From Girardia tigrina (taxonomy: Eukaryota), in contig MQRK01215110.1 of the NCBI GenBank assembly GCA_001938485.1, forward strand, positions 1 through 55,611: a stretch of 55,611 nucleotides of DNA, read 5' to 3'. The position numbers were made by a program, and so were the translations under genes. The notes below the pieces were generated by a model. That model did not search any database. It was not told the DNA's origin and saw only the letters and a list, made by a program, of their open reading frames with translations. This document shows positions 1 to 14,018 of this stretch, in pieces (position 1 is the first letter of the stretch; each line of letters opens with the position of its first letter).

Positions 1-1132
1 ATATATATATATATATATATATATATTGAAATGGACATTCAAATTAAGTTTTTGTTTAAAACGTTTTAGTTAGAGTTAATTAGTGATATTTGAAAATCTC
101 ACGGTAACTCCGGAGAAATTTGACGAAATTGTGATTGTTATATAATAAAAAATCTTGATGAAAACAGACATTGATTTGATTATTACCAAAGAATTATTTA
201 TGTTATTCGACTATGACTTTAATGCGGATTATTTTGTAAAGACATTTGTAGTTAATCACATAATAATTCTCGATCGGAGATTGCATGTCAAATTTTGTGA
301 AGAAATTCATGATAAATGGTATGAATTAATGCAAATCTTTCAAGGTTGTAGAAACAGTATGGGAACGAGGTCTTGGGAAATAATCACCAACAAACACGGT
401 GTTAAACCGACCACTGACGTTCACGAAAGCGACAGTGATTCGCGATTGCAGAGATACGACGTTTACGTTACTTCGAGAGTTCATAGAGAGTGTGCGCCGA
501 TCAGCATCATGTTTGAGTTGAATTGTATCACTCTCAATTACGATCTGAATTAGATTCTTGGGAGATTAATTCAACCAGATTATTTCGTCGGTGGCGCCTC
601 AAGTGGTTCTAATGATTGCGAAAGAAAGATCAAGTGCTCAGATATTCCCAAATCGGTCGGTGCGTTCGGACGATTACTAAATGTATGTCCTTGTATAATT
701 ATTGTGTTTATTTATATAAAAATAAATGATAATAATAATAAAAATAATAATAAAAATATTAAAAATAAAAATAATAAAATTAAAAATATTATCAAAAATA
801 AAGATAATAAAGATAAAATTAAAAATAATAATAACAATAATGACAAAAACAAGAATAAAAATATTAGTAAAAATGATAAAGATAAAAATAATAAAAATAG
901 GAAATTTAGTCAAAACATAAATGATGATAAAAAAGACAATGACGTGACCGAACACTTTCCTCCCCCCTTGGTGACCCGCAGTGGGTCAATATATAATGAA
1001 AGCTTCCACTGCGCTGCTACTGCAACAAGCTATATTTCGTTCAAATAGACTGATGCTGCCTTCTTAATCCGCACGTTATGCAAAAGATATTAAACTTTAA
1101 TATAAAATTATATCTCATTTTTTAATGCTTAT

Positions 1133-2102
1133 TGTGAAGGACAGGCTCACTCTAAAAATCTTTGAAACAATTAATTTTTATAAAGAATTTTCTAAAATAA
1201 GGGAATATTTAAAATCAAAAGTTTTCTAAGCAATTATAATGTAAAAATATATCTTAATTAATTTTTAAAAGTTATTTTCGGAAATAATCGAATTTTAATT
1301 ATAAAGTAAAAACTTAAAATGAAATTAATTGGGAAATAATGGATTTTTAAATAACTGATTTAAAAGAAATATATAAAGATAATGATAATTATGTTTGTAC
1401 TAATTTTAAAAGTTATTCTAAAACATAAAATAATGAACTTTGTTGCCAGAGATGTAAATAAAAAAAACAGATAATTTTAAATTTTAAAATCAGTTTGAAA
1501 TTCTGCAAATTAAAAATTTGACAAATACTTACTTCTCAACAGTTTCATTAAAAAATTAATTAAGACTTTTATCATTAACGTATCGTAATAATAATAATTT
1601 GTAAATTACTGTAAAATACTGTAAATTATTTTTTGTATTTAAATTGTATCTAAAACAAATTGTATTTAAAATTGTATATTTTTGTATTTAAAATAATTTT
1701 AGGTAATAAAAAAATTTAAACTGAAATATTGATAATAAATAAGACGTTAAAATCTTTTATTAATTAAAAAAACGTTTTCATAAATAAAATAAAATAACAT
1801 TAAACAACATTAATAATAGCAACATTAATAAAAAATCATTTTGTTAATTTAATAAAAATATGACTACAATAAATTATGTTGGTTTTAAATTAAATTAAAT
1901 TGCAAAATAGTGGAATGTAAATTTTCAAAATAAAGAGAATAAAAAATTTTAATTTTAAAATAGCTTATCAGTATTTATAATTCTATATTTTTATATACAA
2001 ATCGGATCATAAAGAAAACAAAGAAAAGTTCCTCGACAAAATATTGTTTGAATAATTGTTATTTGTGTTAATGAGTTATAATTTTTCATCAAGAACCCAA
2101 CA
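1133..2102 (+). mobile_element. Solo LTR (Gypsy-like, family A)
   Basis: Starts TGTGAAGG and ends ACCCAACA, with 5-bp direct repeat CTTAT at 1128-1132 and 2103-2107. Its start resembles the LTR-like sequence at ~13053 that follows an integrase remnant. Confidence 0.7.
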
Positions 2103-2199
2103 CTTATTTTATTTTTGTATAATTTCTAAGAGAGATGAGCGACACATTTTCGAAAGTGAATATTTTAGCATGTGTAAACATAAAACAGGATGGGAAATG

Positions 2200-5090
2200 T
2201 AGACAAGTTACATATGCATACACTATTTTTGTTAATTTCGATATCATAATTTGAATTCATCATTCCAATATTTTAATAATATAATACAATAAAAAAATTT
2301 TCAAACAAATTTTAGAGGAACATTTTTTCTTTTGCACAAACAATTTTTACCTTAAGAGAATGTAATACGATGACTTAATTTGTTATTTTTTTTGGAATTT
2401 ACAAAATTAGTTTTATAATATTTCTTTTCTTAGAATATTATCCTTTAAAGATTTTTTAAAATTCTTTCCTTTTAATTCATTTTAAAAAATCTTCATATAA
2501 GAAATATTCCAATTGAAAAATTCTATTTTAATTGTTAAACATAATTTTTAAAAAATCTTAAGGTAAACATTGATTTTCAGTTTTGATATTATATTTTTAT
2601 AAAATTTTAGTTTTTGTATTAATATTTTACGTTTTTCTGCTTTTATTCTTAATCCTATTTGTTTTATTCTTTGAAATATTTCTCTCATAACGTTGTAGTG
2701 GTCAATCTTCGTACTTTTTACTATTAATATATCGTCTAAATAGACTGACGCACTTTTCTATATTGGTAAAAAAAACTTTGGTCGTCAATTCCTGAAACGT
2801 TGCTGGGACTGTCACAAAACCGAAAGACATACATTTTAAACAGGAATGGCCTGTTTTGGTGTAAAATTTCGTTTTTTCATGTGATTCTTCGTCCATTTCA
2901 ACTTGATAGTATGCTTTCCAAAATCTATCGTACTGAAATATCCATTCATCTCTTCTATGTCCGGAACTGAGAACGCTTGTCTTTGTGTAATTAAATTTGA
3001 CTGTCTGGAATCCAGACACAATCTGATTTCCTTCTTGTCATTCTTCCAAACGCACACAATTGAAGTATTCCATTGGGAATTGCATGGTCTGATTATTCCG
3101 TTTGTCTCTATTTTTAATTGCTTTTTCAAGTTTGTCCTTCAAATGTATTGATTGTGTTCTTGCTTTTCTGTTTATGTGTCTTCTTTTCGTCTCTATTCTG
3201 TGTCATTACAAGTTAATGCAACATATATCCAACTAATTTACCACAAATATACCTTTATTTATCGTGTTGTGTGTCTGTCGATTTAAATGTTTCTTTTATT
3301 ATACTCGGTTTACCCTGTCATTTTTTGTATGTAATAGGAATATTCCCGCCATTATTATTCATCGAAAATTCTTTTATTCCTTTCGTTTTAGGTTCATTAT
3401 AGAATTTTGGCTCATTTTTCCTTTCTGACTTATTTTCAATAATTTTATCATCTATATTGTTAACATCTAGCTCACTATATATATTATTCATATTATTATT
3501 AAATTCATATTATTAACTTATCTTATTATTAAATTCATATTATTGTTGAGGTAATATTTTAATATTTATAAATAAAAATATAAAAAATTAACTAATTAAT
3601 AAAATTAATTAATAATATAAAAGGTCAGTTTGACCTTAATTATAATTTAAAGTTTTAAAAATATTTATAATTTCGGATAAACATCCGATTAGATCATCCA
3701 GTTAATAAATAATCATTGATTTATATAAAGATCGAAAATCAATTATCAAAAATAGTTGATAAAAAATTGAATAAGAACTGAAAAAAATTTTTTTAAAAAA
3801 AATAATTATTATTTAAAATATCCATATTTTGTATATAACCACACTGTAAAGTGTGAAACATAACACTAAAATTTCAATTCCTGAGTTGTCGTTAAAGGCT
3901 CTCAGATCACAATATAAAATCGGCCAGGAGACAACCAAACATTTACCTTTGTATATAATCTCTTTTGTGATTAAAGTGTAATTATAAATATATTTTATTT
4001 AAAAAGAAAAAGAAATTCAACTTGCGATTTTATTATTTTTAATAAAACACAATAATACTCAACATTATTAAAATAAAAAATAATTCATATAATTTGATTT
4101 AGGATTATAAAATTTATTCTAGTGCCAATATCGGTTTCTCATCGTGTTGGTAGGATTTACTTTTTTTTCTTTTTTAAAGTAATTTTCTTTTGTCGACCTC
4201 TTTGAATTTCTATTCGATATTCTTCTAAATTATAACTGTCTCTCTTATTCTTTTGTCTGGTCACTGATTGACTGTTGATTAATTGGTTTTTCTTCTGTCT
4301 GCAATCATTGGTTCTTCTTTGGTAGTTTTGTTCTTTTCATTTTTTATTCAATATTTATGCAACTTACATCTTCTTTATGTCCCGATTTGTTACATCTTCC
4401 AGATATTATTTTTTTACCCTTTCTTCTAATATGGTATTCCCTCCAACAGCCATAACATATAATCTTCATCTTTTGTTTACAATCAAAGCTTCTCTGTCCC
4501 TCTTCTTTGGAATTACAGCACGGGGTGTTATTTCCGATTTCCAAACGTTTCTCCTTTTTTGATTGGGTCCACGGTTATCAATCCTTCAATGATTCTTCCA
4601 TGTCTTCCATCATCGTACTTTTATTTAGTAAAGTCTCCCTTTTACATTGACTGACACGCTTTCACAAACTGGTACAAGCTCGTGTGAAAGCAATCCAATC
4701 ACCAGTATCTCTTGAATATTTTCTGGTATTTTGGCCACTTAAACTATCTCAAGCAAACCGATATGAAGGTTTCAATATTTTATCGCTTCCTGTGTCTTTC
4801 CGAGAGAAGTCTCGAAATAAATTGTTCCGAGTTGTAGGATATAGTCGTTATGTTAGGTTCTATATCATAAGTTGAAGTCATAACACCAAAATCTTAAAAA
4901 TATAACAGAACGACATATTTTCCAAACAAATTTGGAGTAACAATTTTCCTTTTGCACAAACCTTTTGTACATTAAGATAATGCAATATAAATATGAATAC
5001 TTCATTTTTTATTTCTTTTTTTTGAAATTTACGAAATTAGTTTTATAACATTTTTTATTAAAATTTTATCATTTAAAGATTTTGTTAAAA
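2200..5090 (-). mobile_element. Degenerate Ty3/Gypsy element (gag and RT remnants between diverged direct repeats)
   Basis: Similar direct repeats at ~2290-2460 and ~4910-5090 flank a decayed zinc knuckle (ICYGCWREYHIRR, ~4344-4544) and an RT remnant. Boundaries approximate. Confidence 0.55.
2702..3129 (-). pseudogene. Gypsy reverse transcriptase fragment (frameshifted)
   Basis: GIIRPCNSQWNTSIVCVWK, IRLCLDSRQSN, YFSTIDF / AYYQVEM, MSFGFVTVPATFQ are decayed Ty3/Gypsy RT motifs split over two frames. Confidence 0.85.
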
Positions 5091-8000
5091 TCCAATGAGC
5101 TTTAGCAATAATTCGTCACAAACTTGATCTTTCATCAACCTACTTTCCGGTTCAAGAGACTTAAATCTATCGAGAATATCTTAAATTAACAAAATTTGTA
5201 AAAGAAGAAGATTTTCTCGAAGAAATTATTTTTCTACTGCAATTACAATTATAAGAAATTAGATTAAGTATAAAATTTGAAATTTGAAATTGAAATTCCC
5301 TATGAGATTTTATAGAATTAAATAAATACAATAACTAGAAATCATCAAAAATAAAAAACTAAAGAAAGAAATTAATATTAGCGAAACATATTTTTCGAAA
5401 TAATATTTAAAAATGACGTCTTTTCTGGGATATCAATGGCTATTTTACTGAATTTTAGGGACCCTGATTAGGACTATTCGATATTTTCGCTACAAAGGCC
5501 CAACATCTCTGTGAGGAATATTTTAAATTGTTTGAATGTGTAAATGTATGGATGATGTATGATGATTTGAGTATGTTGAATTTAGAATGGTGATTCTCCC
5601 ACACAGATGAAAATTTGTTTTTTTTTATTTAAATTTAAAGTGATTGACTTTTCGAACATAATTAAAATAATCATTTTATAAGTTCATATTTTTAATTTAT
5701 CAATTAAAATTAAGTTTAATATTTTTTGTAAAATTTAAATTAAATGTATTTTTAATAATTTGATGACATTTTTATTATTTTTGGATTTATTGAGAAATGG
5801 TAAAATTTATTATTTTTGATTAATATCAATTAATATATTTAAAAAATGACCTAGAAAAAATTTTCGAATAATCTGGATTAAAAGAGAAATAAGAAAACCA
5901 ATTAGAATGATGACAAAAGATGAAAGACTTTCTGAGAGTCATAATGACTTTAAATGTGATTGTAATTGTTAGAATCTGTGGGAACACCACTCGAAGAAGA
6001 ACAAATATTGATGGGATTCTGGAAATATAAAAAAATAAAATATATAANNNNNNNNNNNNNNNNNNNNNNNNNNNNNNNNNNNNNNNNNNNNNNNNNNNNN
6101 NNNNNNNNNNNNNNNNNNNNNNNNNNNNNNNNNNNNNNNNNNNNNNNNNNNNNNNNNNNNNNNNNNNNNNNNNNNNNNNNNNNNNNNNNNNNNNNNNNNN
6201 NNNNNNNNNNNNNNNNNNNNNNNNNNNNNNNNNNNNNNNNNNNNNNNNNNNNNNNNNNNNNNNNNNNNNNNNNNGGACGCATAATCCCATTTTAACCTTC
6301 CCTTTGTTTGAGCACATTGCTCAGGGACGCGAGGCGGTTAATTGGGATAATAACAATAAAAACAAAAAAATAAATAGGTATATAANNNNNNNNNNNNNNN
6401 NNNNNNNNNNNNNNNNNNNNNNNNNNNNNNNNNNNTATTTATTTTTTAGTATATTATTATTATTATTACTATTATTATATTTAATATTCATTCTTAATAT
6501 TATTAGTTTTATCTTTATTTATTTTATTATTATTATTACTATTATAATTTGAATATAATTATTATATTATTCCTTTACGGCGAGTTTTTCCTTCCTCCGC
6601 AGGGACCCATTCATTATGAGGGTACTCCTGCTTTGGGCGGAAAAGTTCGCCAAAGGATTGTGGTGTTTACAAAAAAATAATTAAATATAAATAAAAAGTT
6701 ATATATTATTAATATTATTATTATTATTATCATTATTATTGCAATTAGTTATTTATAAATTATTATTATAATTGTGTTATTAAAATTAATATTATTATTT
6801 TTATTATTATTATTACTATTATGTTATTATTATTATAATTAAAAAAAATTGTAATAATAAATTATTACTATTATTATTATTATAATTATAATTATGATTA
6901 AAATTATTATTATTATCTTTATTAAAGTTTATATTAATTATTATTATTACTATTACTATAAAAAAACTTACCTATTTTAAAAAAATAAAATATAAAAAAA
7001 TGAAAATAAAATTAGAAATTTTCCTCTTGGGCGATGATTGATCGGTATCACCAATCGGTGTCGTTTCATCGCCAAAGGGAATACGTAATTGGTAATTTGC
7101 AAAAATAATCGTATGTAACAGCTGTCTGTCACTTCGGGAGAAGTTCGTTCACACAAACTGCAATTGGAACAACAGATGTTCTATAAATTGCAAAAATAAA
7201 ATTTACAAAAATCATATAATTAATAAGATAATTGCTTCACAAAAATAATAAATTGCTTTCACAAAAAAACAACAAATGTTCCATATATTTCAAAAATAAA
7301 ATTTGCAAACAACTAATGTTGGAAATATGTAAAAAAAAATAAATTTTTAAATAATTTGATTTTATTTAATAATATTTTTTAATAATTTTATATATTTATT
7401 ATTGTTAATAAAATAAAATCGGGTATAAATACCCTTCAAAATTCAATCACATCTCACAAATTAAAAACACAAATTTAAACGAAAAATAAAATATAAAAGA
7501 AAACAAAAATCAAATATAAAACTTCAAAGAAGTTTAAAACAAATTTTTATTTAGCCTCAATTATATCAAAGATCCCTGTACAATTTTTGTGATTAACAAA
7601 TATAAAATTGTATAGTATTTGTTATTTGATCTCAATTGCAAATAAAATTTACAGTATCAAATATTGAGCTGGGTTCGAGCTACGAACAAGCAACGCAGCC
7701 TTCGATTAAAGTTGTTTTAACTCAGAATTATATTTTTGCTTGAACAGAATTATTTCAAACGTCAACTCAATTTATTATACCCAGCATAAAACGTCTTAAA
7801 CCACCAACAATATACATAACTAAATTATTTTTATTAATGACACTTAATTATCGGATATTGAAAAATATTTGGAATAATTGATTGATTGCGTTGATCTTCT
7901 AATAATTCCAATTTCCACTCTGATTTTCAATTCCCAGAAAAATTCTGCCAATTCTTAAAACAAATTTGTTTTTTATTTAATTTATATGTAACTTATATTC

Positions 8001-8388
8001 TATTTATTTTATTATTTCTTAAAAAATTTGAGGAACTAAATTACTAAAGTTTTATTTTTTGTTAAACCGGTATTTTTTCAAATTATATTTAATTAACTAA
8101 TTTAACTTAATTTCGATTGCCTATTTCAAAAATTTTCCGTTTACTATTAATTCCTAACAATAAATAAAAATTCAAACGAGACTTGTCTAAATGTTCTTAA
8201 TAATTTCTATGGAAGAATCATATATAAGAATATTAATCTATTTTAATATACAGTTGACATACATATGAACCAGTTATTCAAGTTTTTACCGCTACGAAAA
8301 CCCAATCTCAATGGATTGGCTCTGTGTTCGGCATATTACTATTCTTATTCAACAATAATAGCAATATCTTGGTTATAGTTCAATAATA

Positions 8389-9616
8389 TGAGGTTTTCGA
8401 GTATAAAGTTTGTAGACATGATTACAATAAATTCAAATAGTTATAAATTGACAATTTCTTAACATTTTGTTACTCAATGTTTTTTGATTGCTATATATCA
8501 TGGCTATTGAACACATCAATAAAAATTAATTAAAATTATTGAGAACTTGTTTTAAAAATCAGTATTTTAAAAATTGAAAAAAACAAGAAATTCAAACTAG
8601 TATGAAGTACGAGTTCCTCCATGGAACCTCAGCATCAGAAACCATTCGAAAAATCAATGATGTATTTCTATTGAACGCTACTATGTAGAAGACAGTCTCA
8701 AATTAGTTCCCGAAATTCGTGAAAGATAATTTTAATCTCAATAATGAGTCTCAGGATTTCCCAGGAACGCATGTAAACATTGACGAACTGAAGGTAACCG
8801 TTGAGTTGAATCTAACACAAAGTGTTCATGATTAATTGCTAACGTTTGCTGTTACGAATCAAACAATATTGAAACACTTGACTAAATGAGTTAAATGAGA
8901 AGTAGAAATAAAAGCGATTGGATTTCTGCTTGATGTTGCTTTATCGTTATAAATGTAATCACTTTCTATATTAAATCGTCACTTGTGATGAAAGTTAATT
9001 CATTATGATAATTTCAAACACTAAGGAAGCTATGTGGACACGAATGGAGCATCAAAACACAGTCTAGAGCACAACATTCATGAAAAGAAGTTGATGTTGA
9101 GTGTTTTGGGATCTTCCTCATTCATTACGACTTCATGAAACCTAGTTCGTCGATCACAACAGATGTCTACTGCTACCAATTGGAAGCTCAAAGAAAAACA
9201 TCCCCGTTTGGTAAACAAATCTTCTCCCATCTTGCTGATAGACAATGTGAAATCACATACCTCACTTAAGACCTTGACAAAATAAAAGAAACTTGAGTTG
9301 GAATGCCTAAATCATCCTCCACATTCCCCAGACTTAGCCCAACTGACTTAAACTTCTTCATCAATTTAAACAACTTTTTCATAGGAAAAATTCAATTCCA
9401 AAATGACCGTTAAATGACCTTTCAAATTTTTATAGATTCTCACCTACCAAAATTTTAATCAAATGGTCTCAACATGCTTCCACTAAAATGGCAAAACTGA
9501 GTCGATAATATGGGTTCATACTTTGATGAATGACAAAAATATTTGTATTGATAAATTATCAATAATCGTTTACTTTGATAGTTACAAAAAAACCTTTTTT
9601 TAAATAAAAAACCTTG
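8389..9616 (+). mobile_element. Decayed mariner element
   Basis: Translates in pieces to KQEIQTSMKYEFLHGTSASETIRKINDVF ... IHEKKLMLSVF ... HPPHSPDLAQLT ... GSYFDE*. The 5' part aligns with 20870-21130. TIRs are degenerate. Confidence 0.8.
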
Positions 9617-9868
9617 TATGTGCGCAAGTTTCGAAATGCAGTTGACGGTTAATATTGTTTATTTTAGTTGCAATCATCTTATCAATTTTAATTTTATTAT
9701 TTTAATTTGGTCTTTTCTCTATAATATAGTTTGATCTACTTATATTGCTAAATCCACTAGGGGATGAGAAATGAGAGAAAAGCTCAGCGAAATATATGAC
9801 AAATAATATTTGTTTTAATCGAAGATCTACCCACCAACCCTTTGCATGTAACTCTGGAAAGTTACTTA

Positions 9869-10529
9869 TGTTAGGGTTTCGAAAAATATATATGAACACT
9901 TGATTAAATTTTATGTAGCAAAAAAATTTAAAATAATTCTTTTGATAAAATATTAATTTCAAACAAAATAATATTTAGTTTAGTAAAATTTGGAATCGAC
10001 AATTAAAAATATTTTAGTCTTTGTTTTATTTGATCAATTTTCAAGGTTAGAAAAAACTAGTATATAAACAGCAACGAATTCAGTCATAAGGACACCAATA
10101 ATTTCCTGCATCAAATTTTTAAGAAGATTCCGTGTAGAGTAAATTTATTTAAATTCTTTATTTTTATTTCTTTTTCTTGAAGTTGAAGTCGAACTAAGTA
10201 TCCTGTATAGGAGAATAAAGTTCATTTGACTTTAAGGGTTTAACGGTTATCTTTCGTTTAGAAGATTTATAATTTGAAAATTAACAAACTGTGATCTGAC
10301 AAACTCGCATCGAATATCCGTGTGTGAATACGTCTATTGATACTATTGAATTGAACAATATAAAGCTGTATGCTATTTTGTGTTATTGGAAAATAAAGTT
10401 TTGAAAAAGAATTTTGTATTCATTCATTTATATATTTATGTTGGAAGATTACAGACTAAAGATTAAAGAATAAAGATTTGAGTTTTTAAATAGTAAATAT
10501 TTAAGATTAAAGATTTTAAATACCCAACA
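9869..10529 (+). mobile_element. Solo LTR of the Gag-Ubl-glycoprotein family (family B)
   Basis: TGTTAGGGTTTCGAAAA...TACCCAACA with CTTA at 9865-9868 and 10530-10533. Clearly similar to the reverse complement of 40373-41062. Confidence 0.9.
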
Positions 10530-11499
10530 CTTATATAAAAAGAAGGATCGTTCCGAAAATCGAAATTTTCGACTGCTCGGGAAGGAAGTCAAAGCAAATT
10601 TAAGAATCGTCAAGTTGAAGTGATTTTTATCAATGAAAAATTATCTGATATGACTGAAAACTTTGCTTTACTTTATTTTTGTTGATATATGGTATTTTGA
10701 AACAACTTGTCTAAATCGAGTCAACGGAGCATATCATTTGCTTAATTTTGATTGTTAAATTCTGTGAGATCATAGTTAACAATTTCCTTTTTTTTTAATT
10801 GTTTGGAAACTTTAATTCAAAAATTAATGAATAAAAAAGTAATAAAATAACTAATTTTGAGAAAATTTGATGCAGTTGTTTTAATGTAAAAAATGTTTGT
10901 TGATGTAAATTGATAATATGGCAAAAAATTGAATTTGAAAATTAAAAATAAAGAAGTTGTACGTGATTGGCCTTGTTTTGGAATTATAATCAATATGACG
11001 AGACTAAAGAAAGTGTTAATCCTTTAAGACAAAGGAGTTGAAAAATTATGAGACAAAAGATGCCTTTGATGAACAGGATGTTGCGATTGATGAACGTGTT
11101 GTCGTAGGCGATATTAAAGATGGTGATGGATCATGGACTTGTTCTCTATCCTTAATTTATTAATTAAATAGATCTTGTACAAAAAACAAGACAAATACAA
11201 AAAATCAAAACCAAACATTTTTTGATAATGTTTCAATCTCTGAATTCTTTGAAAAAAAATAATTAATTAATAAAGTTTTTCCTATTATTTGTCAGACGAT
11301 TTATAAAAAAAATTACAAAAATGAGTCTGAGTTTAATTTTTATTCTTCAAACTAAAAAGAATGAAAAATAATATAAAAATAACTGAAAATTGCAATTCGT
11401 CTTTTTTACACTTTGTGGAAATTGTATGTAACCTCCATCTATTATTTATCATTTCAAAGATTTAGAACGTTTTTTTATTTGTACAATAAATATTTTAGC

Positions 11500-12090
11500 A
11501 TATGTAAACAACACGTGGCCCGCGGGTCGCTTGAGGCCCATTACAAATATTTATGCGGACCGTTAAGAATTTCTAAAATTAAATCTATTTTATCTACCTT
11601 CTCTTATCAATCCGATGTTAATCTCATAATTTAACCGAAAAAGGGGGTTAAAGTTTAACCGCTAAAAAAATCAAAAAAGGAAAAGAACAGTTTATTCACA
11701 ATTTGTCTGATAAAATTCAGAGCATCGAGAGCAAATTATAATTGTGGAAACATCATTTTTTGGTGAATACTGGTCTCATTTTCCACATTTAGAAAAAAAA
11801 CACGTTCCTACTTCTGAAAAATTTGTACAATATATAGACATTTTAATCAAATAATTTCGTTTACGATTCAAAATGTTCAAAGCTTAGAAGGCATCGGTTT
11901 GCATAAAAATGTTTTCCTCGCCATTTAATATCGATGTGGATACAGTTCCAATTGACTTTCAAATGGAAGTGATTGAGATGCAGAATAATATCGATTGAAA
12001 AATTGAATTTTCCTCAATAAATATTGTCATTTTTTATAAATTAGATGTGAGCACTGAGAAATTTCTGTTTCTGATGGAACAGTTTTCAGT
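11500..12090 (+). pseudogene. hAT (Buster/Spin, GTF2IRD2-like) transposon remnant
   Basis: GGCCCGCGGG subterminal-type motif at ~11517 and the peptide PFNIDVDTVPIDFQMEVIEMQNN at ~11920-11990. Confidence 0.55.
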
Positions 12091-12095
12091 TTCAA

Positions 12096-13030
12096 ATGGA
12101 ACATGAAGAAGCTAAAAAGGTTAAAAATAATAGCAGATTGTTAGCAGTGAATACGAGAAGCCAAACCAGAGAAGGTCAAATAGAGTGGATACCGAAAGAA
12201 AAACGATACGATCTAAATATAAAAACACATAGACTGGTATGTCATGCAGGAGTAGAAATAGTATACGAATATCTGAAGGACAAGTTTGACATGGAAGAAG
12301 AAAGGAAAACGGTTAAAGAGGTAGCAGGAACGTGCATAGAGTGTCAACAGACAAAGTCAATGACCACGAATACAAAGGAAAAAAACTTAAAGGTTTATAT
12401 ATATAGCAATCAAGAGACAGAACGAAGAAACGATTATACTAACAATATTACAAAAATGGATATTAAAATTTGGTATACAAAGGAGATACATGTTAATTTT
12501 GGAAATAGTTTCGATGCAAAAAAGTTAGAGAAATATTGGAAACTAGAGGCGTTAAAATAATTTTCTCCAGTTCATATCACCGCCATAGAAATTGAATAAT
12601 CGAAAAACAATTCAGGACCATACGAGAATTCTTTCAGGGTAGTTTAAAAGAAAGAAACGCCACGAGTAAGGCAGCCATATTACCAAAAGTGGAATTTTCA
12701 ATAAACGCAACAAAACAAAAAACAATAGGGTGCAATCCGGCGGAAGTTGTGTTTAGTAAGAAAATAGACAGGCAACAGAGGTTCAATGAAAGCAAAATAG
12801 ATCGAGACGATACAAGACAAAAAATAAAAGAAAAGAACATTCCGGAAGGAAATGAGACTCGAAGAGTATACAAGGTGAGAGATATGGTCTGGATACAGAA
12901 GAAAATAAGAACGATAGGAAAAGACAGATTTGAGGGACCATATGAAATCATTGAAAAAAATAATGGTAGGAGTATAGACTGAAAAATAAAAATGATAAAC
13001 AAAAATAATATGTAATGCTGAAAAATTCAA
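12096..13030 (+). pseudogene. Gypsy integrase remnant followed by LTR-like sequence
   Basis: HHCC zinc finger (HRLVCHAG...CIECQQTK), decayed core and GPY motif (RFEGPYEI), all frameshifted. TGTGAGG LTR-like start at ~13053. Confidence 0.8.
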
Positions 13031-14018
13031 AACTTTTCACAAATACATGGAATGTGAGGATCTGGAACACTCTTAAAATTTTGAAATATTTCAAATAAAC
13101 AAATATCTAAAATCAAAAGTTGTTGAAAAGAATTATTATTAAAAATATATTTAATTAATTTTAAAAAGTAATTCTCAAAAATAAATTAATGAAATTTTAT
13201 TTGATAAAAATGTAATTTTATAACCGATAATTTTGTAAATATTAAAGCTATTTAAAAATGTTGTAAACTTGAAATTATTTTATAAATAATGAATTTTTTA
13301 AACATTTGACTTTTTAAAATAAAACAACCATTAAAAATTTTATTATTAATATTTATATATAAATATTTACAAATAATATTTAAAATTTATAAATGGATAT
13401 TTAGAATAAAATTCTGGTATCTGGTTTTGTGCAAAATAAGAAAATATTGTTCCTCGTAAATTTGTTTACAAAAAGTTAATTGTAATAGAAATAAATATTT
13501 GTGTTATGAATTCTATTCTTGGCCACGTACTGAATAACTAGGAAAATATTTTTTATTTAATTATTTCATTATTTTTTTAACTATTTAACTTTTTAATTAT
13601 TAAATATTACTATGGATACATATCTTTATATACATTACATAGAGCAAAGTGAGGACACAAATAAATCAGCGAATTTTCTTTCAAATAAAACCATTAAAAA
13701 ACGATCTGCATCTAAATTGAAAGACTGTCTTCGGGTAAGAGAGGAGACAACCTGATTTGAGGAGAAGGATGTAAAACTACTACCGAATTTATATCTGATT
13801 ACGGAAAATACCTAAACTGTAAAGAAAAACCAATGTCGGGCGAATATCTTCATATCCACAATCTTCTAGGTATTCAGAAAAGATTAAAATATTTTTATTA
13901 ATAATAAAACATGACAAAACTACTTTAACAAAAATCTATTTGCATTAATTTATTAAAATATTATTTTTTTAAAGAAAATAATTTTTTGGTGCATATTATT
14001 AGATTTTTCATATACGTT

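Noticed and set aside
677-955. Hydrophobic ORF resembling a membrane protein
   Set aside because: Antisense reading of AAT-rich low-complexity DNA.
5826-6552. ORFs spanning N runs (also near 15526, 17750 and 30821)
   Set aside because: Their length comes from undetermined bases. The N runs elsewhere often preserve transposase frame, suggesting masking or sized gaps.
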